Origin: Octopus bimaculoides
Lineage: Eukaryota
Assembly (NCBI RefSeq): GCF_001194135.2
Contig: NC_068985.1
Span: forward strand, 124,454,537-124,508,407
Length of the DNA stretch: 53,871 bases
Direction: 5' to 3'
Positions 23,780 through 36,069 of this stretch are shown one piece after another. The notes beneath the pieces were generated by a model. That model made no database searches, was not told where the DNA came from, and saw only the letters and a list, made by a program, of their open reading frames with translations. The position numbers and the translations under genes were made by a program. How positions within the stretch are numbered: position 1 is the first letter of the stretch; every line of letters starts with the position of its first letter.

Positions 23780-25607
23780 NNNNNNNNNNNNNNNNNNNNN
23801 NNNNNNNNNNNNNNNNNNNNNNNNNNNNNNNNNNNNNNNNNNNNNNNNNNNNNNNNNNNNNNNNNNNNNNNNNNNNNNNNNNNNNNNNNNNNNNNNNNNN
23901 NNNNNNNNNNNNNNNNNNNNNNNNNNNNNNNNNNNNNNNNNNNNNNNNNNNNNNNNNNNNNNNNNNNNNNNNNNNNNNNNNNNNNNNNNNNNNNNNNNNN
24001 NNNNNNNNNNNNNNNNNNNNNNNNNNNNNNNNNNNNNNNNNNNNNNNNNNNNNNNNNNNNNNNNNNNNNNNNNNNNNNNNNNNNNNNNNNNNNNNNNNNN
24101 NNNNNNNNNNNNNNNNNNNNNNNNNNNNNNNNNNNNNNNNNNNNNNNNNNNNNNNNNNNNNNNNNNNNNNNNNNNNNNNNNNNNNNNNNNNNNNNNNNAA
24201 TTACATCTCTCAACAGCTCAATGCATTTTTTTTTTTTTTTTCAGCTTTAGAATTATTGCTTTTATGCTCACATATTTTCATTAAACCGAATTTTTTTCTT
24301 TTTTTCTTTCTGCACTATTTTTTGCCATTTTGTCAAATACTTGAAATAACTACAGGGAAGCGGGACAAAATGAGTTACTATCAATTTCTTGTTATTTTCT
24401 TACTATTTGTTTGAAAATATTACATTGCAAGTATTGCATCACCATTTTGTACTCTTGCATCATCTTTGGAAGTAAACATTGGCCACCATGTTGTTGTTCT
24501 AGTTCAGGCAGTTTGAAAACGTCAGATAACGGGTACTTTATTTTCAATAAATTTTCCCTTAACTATAACCCAGTTGTAATTGAGGTTGCTAATAAAAGAT
24601 CTAGATAGTTTTGTGTGTTCAACAATCCAAATTCTTTCCACATTAATGTCTAATTTGATAATTTTCAATTTTCAAAACCTGATGTCTAAACTGGGGCAAA
24701 ATGAGTAACGATTAATTTCAATAATCTCTTCTCTTTAAGTACGTGGTGCATAAATACTTTTGGAATAGTCAGAAGATTTTTGCGAATTTGTATTCTACAC
24801 ACGGGAATTCATACAGCTATGAAAGAAAAAAAAAAACAAAATAAAGTTTTTGTGTCCGATTTAAGGGCTATTTAGCGGTTATTTTTAGCACATCTCATAA
24901 CCACCTGATACCCTCTTTGCTTCTTTGTCACTCTGACGTATTGATGCTTTTCAATATTTTTCTCCCCATAAACATGTTTACTGGTCTATCGCTGGGATTG
25001 AAGGCAAAATTTAAGACTGTCTGTAGTTAAAAAAAAAAAAATTCGAAAAATTAAAAAAAAAAATTTCATAGTTGTATGAGTCCCCGTGTGTTTTGAAAAT
25101 TCCAAAAAAATTTTGAAGTTATGAGGGTATAGAGTACTTAAACCAGAATTATGCAGAAATCCATTCCAGCAGATCGTGAAGAAGCTATAGAGAATATTTT
25201 ATGTTGAGTTTTTTTTAATTTAGTCAAGTTTCGTTAATTTCATATTATGCCATTTTTCTATGATTCCCTTTCATTTAACTTAGATATTGATGTGTATAAG
25301 TTTTTTCAAAAGTAACTCTGAAGAAATGAGGAGGTAAATTTACCTTATCTTTTCTTACTCATTTTGACCCATCTACATTTGTCTTTTATATGCTCAAAGA
25401 GAACGGAGGTAATTTTCTGAAATAGTGTTCTGAATATGTTAAAGTGTTTTTAATGCATCTAGAGAAAGTCATTTGCTTAGCTGATGTAGCTTTTGTTAGA
25501 TAGGAACATTTAAAAAAATATTTTTTCAAAGTAAAAAATAAAGTAAATGTTACTCATTGTGCCCCACCATCCCTTACTGGAGACAGGAAAAACAGACTTT
25601 TGGAATA

Positions 25608-27092
25608 TTTATTATTACGACCGGGTTATTTATTATTACGGAAACAGAGTCTACCTGCCACACTTCTCGTCCTATCATCAATATTTCGAGGTCCTGATAT
25701 ATTCAAGGCTAGTGTCTGCAATCAAGTTATCGATGTGTGACAATGTTTTCCTCTGCTTACATCACCATGAAGAGAATTTCACAAGACTAATTTGGATGCT
25801 ACCAGCTAATATCCAGTCCTGAGTCCCGAGATATAGTATCTGGAAATGTCAGTTTCCTGAAGAAAACCCTTCCAAAGGGATGCCATAGGAGCAAGGATGA
25901 GATAACCTCTTTCTATGCTCGACGACAGTGGCCAGCAGATTGTAACCGTTTCTGCTTTAGCTTGAGGGATTACCGTAGAGGTTACTAAGTGTTGGGTGTG
26001 ATCTCCAACTGATGTTCTATGTCTTTCTGAGTAGATTCGTGTATGTTCCATCCAGTTGTTTTTCTAAGAGAGTTGATAAGATCCAGGTCTTTGATCCATA
26101 GAGAAAGACCGGCTCAATCAATGTTCTAAATATTTTAACTTTTAACGTGGATGGAAGTTTTAAGTGCCAGATCTTATCAAGTCTGTTACATGCATCCCAC
26201 GCAAGAGCTTTTGGGAGTCTACTATGTGTCACCCAAGATATTTGAAGTCGTCAACGTTTTTGATTGATATATTATTGAGCGATTTAAGTTCAGTTAACTC
26301 GGAAGAAGTCGTAATAAACTCTGTCTTACTCTCGTTGCAGTAAAGGCCGACCAGTGCTTATCACAAGCACTGTGATGGTTACTGCTGGCACTCACCATGA
26401 TCATTGCTGGTCTATGGAGAAACCAAGGTTTTCGTCACTGTTGTCTATTAGATTATGCATTGCATATTCCAGTACAATTGCAAACAGATGTGGTGCAAGC
26501 GTATCTCTTTGTAGCACCCCAACTAGTCTTTGAAAGAATTCAGAGTGCCAAAAATTGACTGAAAGAGAGAAAGGCTGCTGGCCCTGATGAAGTGCCCTTG
26601 GAAGTTATCAAGAGATGCAATCTGGATGAAATAATACTAGATTTTGCAAATAAGATCTTGCAGAACCAAAAAGTCTAGATCAGTGGTCCAAGATTAACGT
26701 GATACCAATCCCAAAGTCAGGAAACCTCAGCAATGAAACTAACTACAGAGGAATTGCATTGTCCAACATCTCACACAAAGTCAACAACCGAATGATCTTC
26801 AACAGGATTCAACAACTGCTTGATAGCCATCTAAGACCAAATCAAAATGGATTTAGACTAGGGAGAGCCACATCTCAGATCTTAGCCCTGAGGCATATCA
26901 TAGGGGTTAAATCAAGACTGTTTCCTGCCATTATAACATTCGTGGACCTCACAACGGGTTTGACAGCACCCGTCGTTACAAAATATTGAAGATCTTTCAA
27001 GTATATGGCATTCCAGAACTAGTTCTTGCTGTTTCGAAGACCTACGAGAAGACCAGAACTCGTATGTTGTCATCTGATGGAGAAACGCAATT
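25608..27092 (-). mobile_element. RTE-clade LINE, 5'-truncated, with an inverted 5' segment
   Basis: Minus 26543-25640: EFFQRLVGVLQRDTLAPHLF..VDDFKYLG..WDACNRLDKIW..IEPVFLYGS. Plus 26544-27092: KAAGPDEVP..IPIPKSGNLSNETNYRGIAL..RPNQNGFR..FVD..DGETQFF. Candidate TSD cttttggaata (25597-25607) / ctttcggaata (27093-27103). Confidence 0.85.
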
Positions 27093-27784
27093 CTTTCGGA
27101 ATAGCTGTCCTTTATATGTTGGAATTTCGCAAATTTTGTCAGGATTTTCCTCTTTTTTTTTTGTTTTTTATATTGCAAAATAACGAAGGGAAGCTTTTTT
27201 TAAAAACAAAAGTTTTTAAAATCCTTGTCTTTTCAATGTTTGTCTCTCCTTCATTGTACTTTACACAATGAGGGAAAAGTCAAACACTGCAAGTGAACGT
27301 GTGAGAAAAAAATTGGAATTTTGAAAAGTGTATCTATAAAGCGACATTTTCAGTCGTTTATTTAAACTTTCTCTGCTACCTCATCAAATACAATTACATG
27401 CGATAGATGGGTTTTGAGATATAAAATTCCTAATTTTCCAAAATTTTAATTCCTGTGCACGAGGGGAGCCACTGAATTTGAAGTGCCCTGTCCCCACCAC
27501 CCTGGTTGAAATCTGGTTCTGTACTCGGTCAGGACTGACCTGGGGTTCAAATAACAACAACCGGTCAGTTACATTTCAATCATTTTCTCCGTTGTAAACA
27601 CTGGTCTTGTACTTCATCACTGTAAATCACTATTATCTACATTGTTTTTCCTCCTACTGGAATCGACAAATTAAATACCAGTAATATATTGCGGTTGAAT
27701 TTGATCAGTTATAACTTACTGCTCCAAATATATGCATCTCTTGAAGTTTTATAAAATGGCATTGTTATTCTTCTATTGTTAATC

Positions 27785-27989
27785 AGGAGGAGGAGGAGCA
27801 GGAGGAGGTAGAAGAGGAGGATCAGGAGGAGGTAGAAGAGGAGGAGCAGGAGGAGGTAGAAGAGGAGGAGCAGGAGGAGGTAGAAGAGGAGGAGCAGGAG
27901 GAGGTAGAAGAGGAGGAGGTAGAAGAGGAGGAGCAGGAGGAGGTAGAAGAGGAGGAGCAGGAGGAGGTAGAAGAGGAGGAGCAGGAGGA
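27785..27989. repeat. Purine-rich minisatellite, 24-bp unit aggaggagcaggaggaggtagaag
   Basis: Seen directly; it runs into an N-gap. Confidence 0.9.
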
Positions 27990-28964
27990 NNNNNNNNNNN
28001 NNNNNNNNNNNNNNNNNNNNNNNNNNNNNNNNNNNNNNNNNNNNNNNNNNNNNNNNNNNNNNNNNNNNNNNNNNNNNNNNNNNNNNNNNNNNNNNNNNNN
28101 NNNNNNNNNNNNNNNNNNNNNNNNNNNNNNNNNNNNNNNNNNNNNNNNNNNNNNNNNNNNNNNNNNNNNNNNNNNNNNNNNNNNNNNNNNNNNNNNNNNN
28201 NNNNNNNNNNNNNNNNNNNNNNNNNNNNNNNNNNNNNNNNNNNNNNNNNNNNNNNNNNNNNNNNNNNNNNNNNNNNNNNNNNNNNNNNNNNNNNNNNNNN
28301 NNNNNNNNNNNNNNNNNNNNNNNNNNNNNNNNNNNNNNNNNNNNNNNNNNNNNNNNNNNNNNNNNNNNNNNNNNNNNNNNNNNNNNNNNNNNNNNNNNNN
28401 NNNNNNNNNNNNNNNNNNNNNNNNNNNNNNNNNNNNNNNNNNNNNNNNNNNNNNNNNNNNNNNNNNNNNNNNNNNNNNNNNNNNNNNNNNNNNNNNNNNN
28501 NNNNNNNNNNNNNNNNNNNNNNNNNNNNNNNNNNNNNNNNNNNNNNNNNNNNNNNNNNNNNNNNNNNNNNNNNNNNNNNNNNNNNNNNNNNNNNNNNNNN
28601 NNNNNNNNNNNNNNNNNNNNNNNNNNNNNNNNNNNNNNNNNNNNNNNNNNNNNNNNNNNNNNNNNNNNNNNNNNNNNNNNNNNNNNNNNNNNNNNNNTGG
28701 AGAGATGAGAAGCTGGAGGGGGGTGAGAATAAAATATAAGAATAAGAATCAAAGAGAAAGGCTATTGTACGTCCTATTGATTTATTGGTTATGAGTCGAA
28801 GTCATGTACGGCTGTCCTTGAAATGGTGGCCAACACATTTATTAAAATGCCAGACAGACTGGATTGTCTCCCGGCAAACTACAGGAGATTATTTACTGGG
28901 CGTTCAATACCGAATATGTTTTTTTTTTATTATTATTATTATTATTATAATTATTATTATTATT

Positions 28965-29120
28965 ATACTTCTGAGTTCAAATTCCGCCGAAGTCGACTTT
29001 GCCTTTCACCCTTTCGGGGTCGATGAAATAAGTACCAGTTATGCACTGGGGTCGATGTAATCGATTAGCCCCCATCTACAAAAGTTTCAGGTCTTGTATC
29101 TATAGTAGAAAGGATTATAA
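28965..29120 (+). mobile_element. SINE family A, 5'-truncated
   Basis: ctgagttcaaattccgccgaagtcgactttgcc..aagtaccag..tagtagaaaggatta. Confidence 0.8.
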
Positions 29121-29684
29121 TTATTATTGTTGTTGTTGCTATTCGTACAGGAAGCATACGTGTCCTCTTGCTCGTAAGTAGAACCTTTTAAATCGGGTCT
29201 CCAAAAGTTGCTAACTGTCTATTTTGTTACAAAACGCTTGTTAAAACCACCACTATTGCATAGGTTTGGTTTGGTTTGGTCTGGTCTGGTCTGGTCTGGC
29301 TTTGTTAGCCTGTTTGTTTGGTTATTTGTTTGTGCCTGTTTGGGAGCACAATTTCGAAAAAAAAATTTCGTTTTGTTTGGGAAAAATAATTTTTTAAATA
29401 GACTTGGCGACGCCAATCTTGCTAAGAGACATGGAAGAGGAAGTATGAGGTATTTTTGATAGTGAGTTGCATGATACCGTGGAGTCCTCCACCTTCTACC
29501 CTCAAATGGAAGGGGAAATACAGTGAAAGGGAATTCAAAGTACAAATGGAAGGAGAATTCACAGTACAGTGAACCACATTACCACCATGACAACAAACAG
29601 CAGCAACAACAACAACAACAACAACACAGCACGGGAATTTAATTCTAATTACGAAGCTAAATTCCCTGCAATAAATGAAACATT

Positions 29685-29940
29685 GTGGAGGCACAATGGC
29701 CCAGTGGTTAGGGCAGTGGACTCGCGGTCGGAGGATCGCGGTTTCGATTCCCAGACCGGGCGTTGTGAGTGTTTATTGAGCGAAAACACCTAAGCTCCAC
29801 GAGGCTNNNNNNNNNNTTCCCAGACCGGGCGTTGTGAGTGTTTATTGAGCGAAAACACCTAAGCTCCACGAGGCTCCAGCAGGAGGTGGTGGCGACCCCT
29901 GTTGTACTCTTTCGCCACAACTTTCTCTCACTCTTTCTTC
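29685..29940 (+). mobile_element. tRNA-headed SINE (third family), with a 59-bp overlap artefact at a 10-N gap
   Basis: A box tggcccagtgg and B box ggtttcgattccc are followed by a non-tRNA body. 29748-29806 is repeated at 29817-29875. Confidence 0.75.
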
Positions 29941-30134
29941 CAGCTGGGGAAACCGGGCGAAAAAAAATGAAACATTACCAAAGACATCGACTAACAGCGG
30001 TAACAATAAGACTTCTAGCGCGGCAACTACCAACTCCACCACCACTGCAACAACAAAAAAGTTATGATAGACGAAAAAAAAAAGCAAAAGCAACAGTAGC
30101 GTTGCAAAACTGAAATATTTGATTTGCAAAGTGT

Positions 30135-30345
30135 AAGGCGGCGAACTGGCAGAATCGTTACCACGTCAGGCAAAGTGCTTCGCGACATTTCGTCCGGCTT
30201 TACTTTCTGAGTTCAAATGCCGCCGAGGCTGACATTGCCTTTCATCCTTTCGAAGTTGATAAAATAAGTACCAGGTCGATGTAATTGACCTATCCCTTCC
30301 ACCACCCCGAAATTGCTGGCGTTGTCCAAAATTTGAAATCAATAT
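30135..30345 (+). mobile_element. SINE family A
   Basis: aaggcggcgaactggcagaatcg..gagttcaaatg..ctttcatccttt..aagtaccag. Confidence 0.85.
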
Positions 30346-30553
30346 TTCCGAACTCTGTGTGTGTGTGTGTGTGTGTGTGTGATTTGAGGTACATTAAGCT
30401 CCACTTTTCAGCATGTCGTGCGATAACATATACACTTTCTAGTAAAACGTCAGCTCGTTTAGTAATGATTTTAAAACAAATTTTCATTCTATTTCAGTTA
30501 ATATTTTGTGGTAGTTTGTGAATTTAGGAAGATTTGGTTGTTGCTTTTCTCAA

Positions 30554-30815
30554 CAGTGGTTCTCAACTGGGGTCCATATGACCTTTGGGTGTCCACATAA
30601 GATTCTGTTGCTGAAATGTATGCGCAATAAATTGGTTATACTCTTAAAGTAATTCACAAAATATTTTAACAATTTTTTTTATACAATTTCTAATATTTAA
30701 TTATAAAAATATAATAGGACTTTTTGAACATGGAATAGCTGTGCGGATCCATCCAAGTAAAATAAGAATCAAAGGGGTCCAGAGGTAAAAACAAGAAAAT
30801 CGTTGAGAACCACTG
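30554..30815. mobile_element. hAT (Charlie-like) MITE
   Basis: Perfect 14-bp TIRs cagtggttctcaac / gttgagaaccactg. The 8-bp flanks no longer match. Confidence 0.7.
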
Positions 30816-33179
30816 ATTTGTATGAAGAGATCTCCACATTTGGCTCATACTTACATGTAGGTGTACGTGAATCAGTAAAGAGGGATTCTGAAGAAAATGT
30901 ATATCTGACATATCAAGCGACCACTTAGATAATCTCTCGCAAAATGACAATTACACCACCAACGATGACAACACTGCTACAACATCAACAATATTCAACA
31001 ACAGATTGTTGAATATTGTTAATGAAAGGCGCCTCTGTTCTGACAAGATACCGTTGCTTTGTATATCAGTGACTATATTATGCAACGTAACCTTTAAGAC
31101 GTCAAGTGTGATTTGTGTAATTCGTGGTTTGGTTGATGTTTCCAGTAGAGAGAGCCACCGTCTATTTCGAGTGCCCTTCGGCTGCTTGTCAATGACTCTT
31201 AATCTTATCCATGTCTAAAGCAACGATTATCAAAAGGGAGAGACTTAGTTCTCAGAGGAGAAATTTCAATTCTAAGGAAAAGAATTTTAGCCAGTTGAGA
31301 GGAAAACTGAGCCAGTCAAGAAAGACCTCTCTAAACTAGGTAAGAATGCACCTTGTACACTGTGTCTATATCAAATGAAATACCAATATACACTGTGTCT
31401 ATATCAAATGAAATACCAATTAGGAATTAACAGCTCACAAAATATCTGCTGTTTAAACTTAATCTTATTTGGGACTTTTCGATTATTGAGGTTTGAAAGA
31501 CGTGTTCATGGTTATATTATATTCGGGCTCGGTAAGCGCTTTTGTTATTCCCAACAACATAGTTAAATATGTCTTTAGTGCTGTTGTGAATATATTGTCT
31601 AAATAAACGAAGACATTTCAGCCTTTGCTTGAATGGGGATCTTCGAGCAAAACTAACTGTTTCTCGATATCCTAATTTAGTTTCTATTCATTCAGGCCAT
31701 AGTGAGCAATAAATCAAATGCAAGTTTTGTATCGCAAGGATTTGATTATTACACTTTTTGTTGGTGTGGTCACTAATTTATAGTATGAAAGTGTTCGTGA
31801 AAAAGTCCTGTGAGTGAGCTTTTGAGAAACATGTGTAATGAACTATCAGAAGGCAGTTTTTAAACAAATAATTTAATTTATTAAATTATCACAAGAGCTA
31901 ATAAGAGCGTAGCTTGGGTATGTGTGCATGAGTCAGAGAAAGCTTTATAATAGATTCAATTAGAAGTCATTATGAGCTAATAGCAACGGAGCTAGCATAA
32001 ACGAAAATATACTGCTCATAACATGACAAGAGTAGTAGGCCGATGTAGTGGGCGGAGCGAAGTGGGCATAAATGAAATAGACTGTTTACGATGTAGCAAG
32101 TTGAGAGCGGCTAAAAATTTAGAACTAGCGGCGCGCAGTTGGTGTGAAAAACAAAGAGGCCGTTCCATGTTGAAAGAGGGATGTTTCTCGTCTGCCGTCT
32201 ATCCGCTAAATGATTAAAACGCGGGCTTCACTTTAAGAGCAGAGAACTGTTTCTAGTATTCATACGCGTCCAGCCGTGATTGGCTGGACAATTCCAAAGC
32301 ACAACTGCGCTATGACGCGACAACTAAAATAGCTTTCCTGACATGCTACACCCTCTTTTTTCTTTCGATAACAATAAAGTGTTTTTGGTCTTCTCGGCAG
32401 TATATTTGGCATTAAATTAAATAGAACATTTATGATCTATTGAAATAAAATATTTTTTTTCATTTGGTTGCAATTAATAAAGAATTTAGTTTCATGGATT
32501 GTTTCAATAATTACANNNNNNNNNNNNNNNNNNNNNNNNNNNNNNNNNNNNNNNNNNNNNNNNNNNNNNNNNNNNNNNNNNNNNNNNNNNNNNNNNNNNN
32601 NNNNNNNNNNNNNNNNNNNNNNNNNNNNNNNNNNNNNNNNNNNNNNNNNNNNNNNNNNNNNNNNNNNNNNNNNNNNNNNNNNNNNNNNNNNNNNNNNNNN
32701 NNNNNNNNNNNNNNNNNNNNNNNNNNNNNNNNNNNNNNNNNNNNNNNNNNNNNNNNNNNNNNNNNNNNNNNNNNNNNNNNNNNNNNNNNNNNNNNNNNNN
32801 NNNNNNNNNNNNNNNNNNNNNNNNNNNNNNNNNNNNNNNNNNNNNNNNNNNNNNNNNNNNNNNNNNNNNNNNNNNNNNNNNNNNNNNNNNNNNNNNNNNN
32901 NNNNNNNNNNNNNNNNNNNNNNNNNNNNNNNNNNNNNNNNNNNNNNNNNNNNNNNNNNNNNNNNNNNNNNNNNNNNNNNNNNNNNNNNNNNNNNNNNNNN
33001 NNNNNNNNNNNNNNNNNNNNNNNNNNNNNNNNNNNNNNNNNNNNNNNNNNNNNNNNNNNNNNNNNNNNNNNNNNNNNNNNNNNNNNNNNNNNNNNNNNNN
33101 NNNNNNNNNNNNNNNNNNNNNNNNNNNNNNNNNNNNNNNNNNNNNNNNNNNNNNNNNNNTGTGTGTGTGTGTGTTTATG

Positions 33180-33600
33180 TGTGTCTGTGTTTGTCTCCTC
33201 TCCACCACCATCGCTTGACAATCGATGCTAGTGTGTTTACGTCCCTATAACTTAGCGGTTTGGTAAAAGAAACCGGTGGAATAAGTACTAGGCTTACAAA
33301 GAATAAGTCCTGGGGTCGATTTTTTCGACGTAAACCCTGTAAGGCGGTGCTCCAGCACGGCCGCAGTCACATGACTGAAACAAGTAAAAGAATAAAAGAA
33401 AAAGTGTGTTTTTATGTGAGCACAAGGCCTAAAATTTGGGGAAGGGATTAACTGGTATTTTATTTTATCGACTCCTGAAAGGACGAAAGATAAATTTGAC
33501 CTCAATAGATTTCAACTGAGAAAGTAAAGACTTGGAACAAATTATCTGCAGGGCATTTTTTTCTAATATTCAGACAACTCTGCCAGACCACAGCTTTAAA
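33180..33600. mobile_element. SINE family B 3' half (+, 33180-33400) facing a SINE family A copy (-, 33415-33600)
   Basis: catcgcttgacaatcgatgct..cttagcggtt..ccagcacggccgcagtc; then cacaaggcctaaaattt..ggacgaaag. Confidence 0.75.
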
Positions 33601-34587
33601 ATAGTGCATAATAATAATGGTTTCTAATACAGGCACGAACCCAGAATCGTAGTGCATTATGATGTTTTACGATAATGGTATATATTGATATTCATTGTTG
33701 TTCAGTTACGGCTCCGCCTTCAGCAACCACATTTATAATCACAGGCGTTCCAAATGTCTTTCTTTTTGAGATGGCCTAATAGTTAGAATGCTGGACTCAC
33801 GATCATAAAGTCATGGGTTCGATTCATAGACTAGGCGATGTATTTTGTCTTTAGTAAAACACATTCATTTCACCATGCTTCAGTCTATGATAACCGTAAA
33901 GTGTACCAACCGAGCGATCGTGCAACCTTCTTACCATTATTATCCAAGATGTTCTACTTAACCCAGAGTGGGAGGGCTGAGAAGGTGCCATGTCTACTTA
34001 CGATTACATTGGCACGTTAAGCAAATAGCAAAAGCATGAGATAGTTACCAAGTTAGCTACATGTCTAACTTGGTTACATGCACCATGTTGTAAGTTTTTT
34101 TAAACCAAACTATAACCTTAACTCTTGCAAGAAATGGTTATAATTGGCTTAGTATATCTAGAACTACATTATCTAATGCGTCCTCATATTATTTGAGACG
34201 ACAGGATTTTAGACCTATTTCTAACTAATTGAGCGACTAGAGTCTCCAACGTTGGCTCTAATCCTTGAATATGCTACATATACTCCTTGAAAGATAGGAT
34301 GGTCATGATCCGGTCTGACCCGCGGCTAAGCAATGACCATCAAACACACCAACATCAGAACATACCACCACTACTACCACAGCACGTCACCAGCATGACA
34401 ACAGTCACAATCACTCCCTCAAGCACTACTGCCACCACATCTACTACTACCACAACCACTATCCACCACTACCACCGCCACCATTACATCCATCACCAAA
34501 CTACCTCGACCACTGCTACCATTACCTTCGCTGAGCTTTCAGACGTTTTCCAGCAGTGCTCAGGATAAAACAATTGCTATCTCATTA

Positions 34588-34764
34588 GTATGTATGTATG
34601 TATGTATGTATGTATGTATGCGTTTATATATTCACGTGTGTGTGCATGTGTATGTATGTGTATGTATACAAACATTTTTTTCTCATTTTATCAAATTTAG
34701 CGACTCTATTATTCTTATATGGCAAACTCGTGTTTTTCCTTTTGTTTCATTTATTTATTTATTC

Positions 34765-34823
<59 letters not shown>

Positions 34824-34845
34824 CTGTTGTTGTTGTTGTTGTTGT

Positions 34846-34878
<33 letters not shown>

Positions 34879-34923
34879 CGATGCTGATGATGATGATGAT
34901 GGTGGTGGTGGTTGTGGTGGTGG

Positions 34924-34967
<44 letters not shown>

Positions 34968-34990
34968 TTGATGATGTTGATGATGATGAA
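34588..34990. repeat. Compound (TATG)/(AGT)/(GTT)/(GAT)/(GGT) microsatellite
   Basis: Seen directly. Confidence 0.95.
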
Positions 34991-36069
34991 GATCCATAAT
35001 TCGATAAAAGTAAAGAAATTCTTGAGTTATCGTTTTTCCATACTGAAGAATAATATAAAACCTGAAATTCGATTCCGGGTGGTGTAGTGAGGTGATGTGG
35101 AAGAGGAATGAGATCGTCTGATGTCCATTGTCTTTCTTTCAATGGCCAACCACCTGACAACCACTTAACTCAATTCACTCAAACCGAACCTGGGAAAAAA
35201 CGAAATTAAAGATCGAAACCGGGTTTCGCATACTGTTTCCTGTATACATCGGGAATGTAACCTCTTGCTTATCACCTACTAGCTTTGACAAACGCGGGGT
35301 TTGATTTCTTTTTTTTCTTCTTCTTTTGCTTTGTACAGTATATTTAGAATCACATTAGAGGTATAGCAAGGGGGATCAGAGTGAAAGATACAGTCAGCGA
35401 CTCCCTAAACGCACACGTAAGTGTAAAGTTTGCTCTTGCTTATATCATGCCTATTCATTATCGTGTCGGTACAAAAAGTGCCTTTGCTCTTCACCGTGGG
35501 CACTTAGAACTATGAAACTACGCCACATTATTTTAATGAGTCTTATTTTCTAAAATGGTTGGCTATAGTTTGACGAGGATTTCGCTGCTGTTTCTAGCGG
35601 GTCAAGGGACCGATTAATGGCTCTGAGATAGGGCCCACAATATAGAGATGACACTAAGTGCAGAAAGACATTCAAATCATCGTTTTGTTGATTGCTGAAT
35701 ATAGACCCTATATTGTGGGTCCTACTTACTTTTCTTTCCTCACTCCAAGGTTGATAAAATCAATACCAGCTATATACTGAGGATCACTTCGATGGAAATT
35801 ATCTTCACTAAATAACTAGGTAAGCAATCGATTAGTTAATTGATTAGTTAGTTTACAAGTTGACTATCAATAGTGAAGATAAACGAAATAATTAATGCGT
35901 GTATTTTAATTGGTACACCTGCTTGAGTCTTTCAGGGGCGAGATAGATAAGCAAAAAAAAAAAACTAGAAGGGCAAAGATTTATTCATTGATTTTATATT
36001 GACCGCACATAAATTTGTGCTTTATCATTAACTAAATTAAGCATTTCTGGTGGGAAATTACAAAAAATG

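Noticed and set aside
24730-25145. ttaagtac ... gtacttaa inverted ends suggesting a TTAA-specific MITE
   Set aside because: The inverted match is only ~8 bp in AT-rich DNA, which is insufficient.
29685-29760. tRNA-like sequence with A and B boxes
   Set aside because: It continues into a SINE body and has no matching acceptor stem, so it is not a tRNA gene. The same applies at 33770-33840 and 53350-53426.
29748-29875. Exact 59-bp duplication inside a SINE around a 10-N gap
   Set aside because: Same assembly artefact pattern as at 10048-10057.
31356-31420. 33-bp tandem duplication
   Set aside because: Two units only, with no spacers; an ordinary slippage duplication, not a CRISPR-like array.
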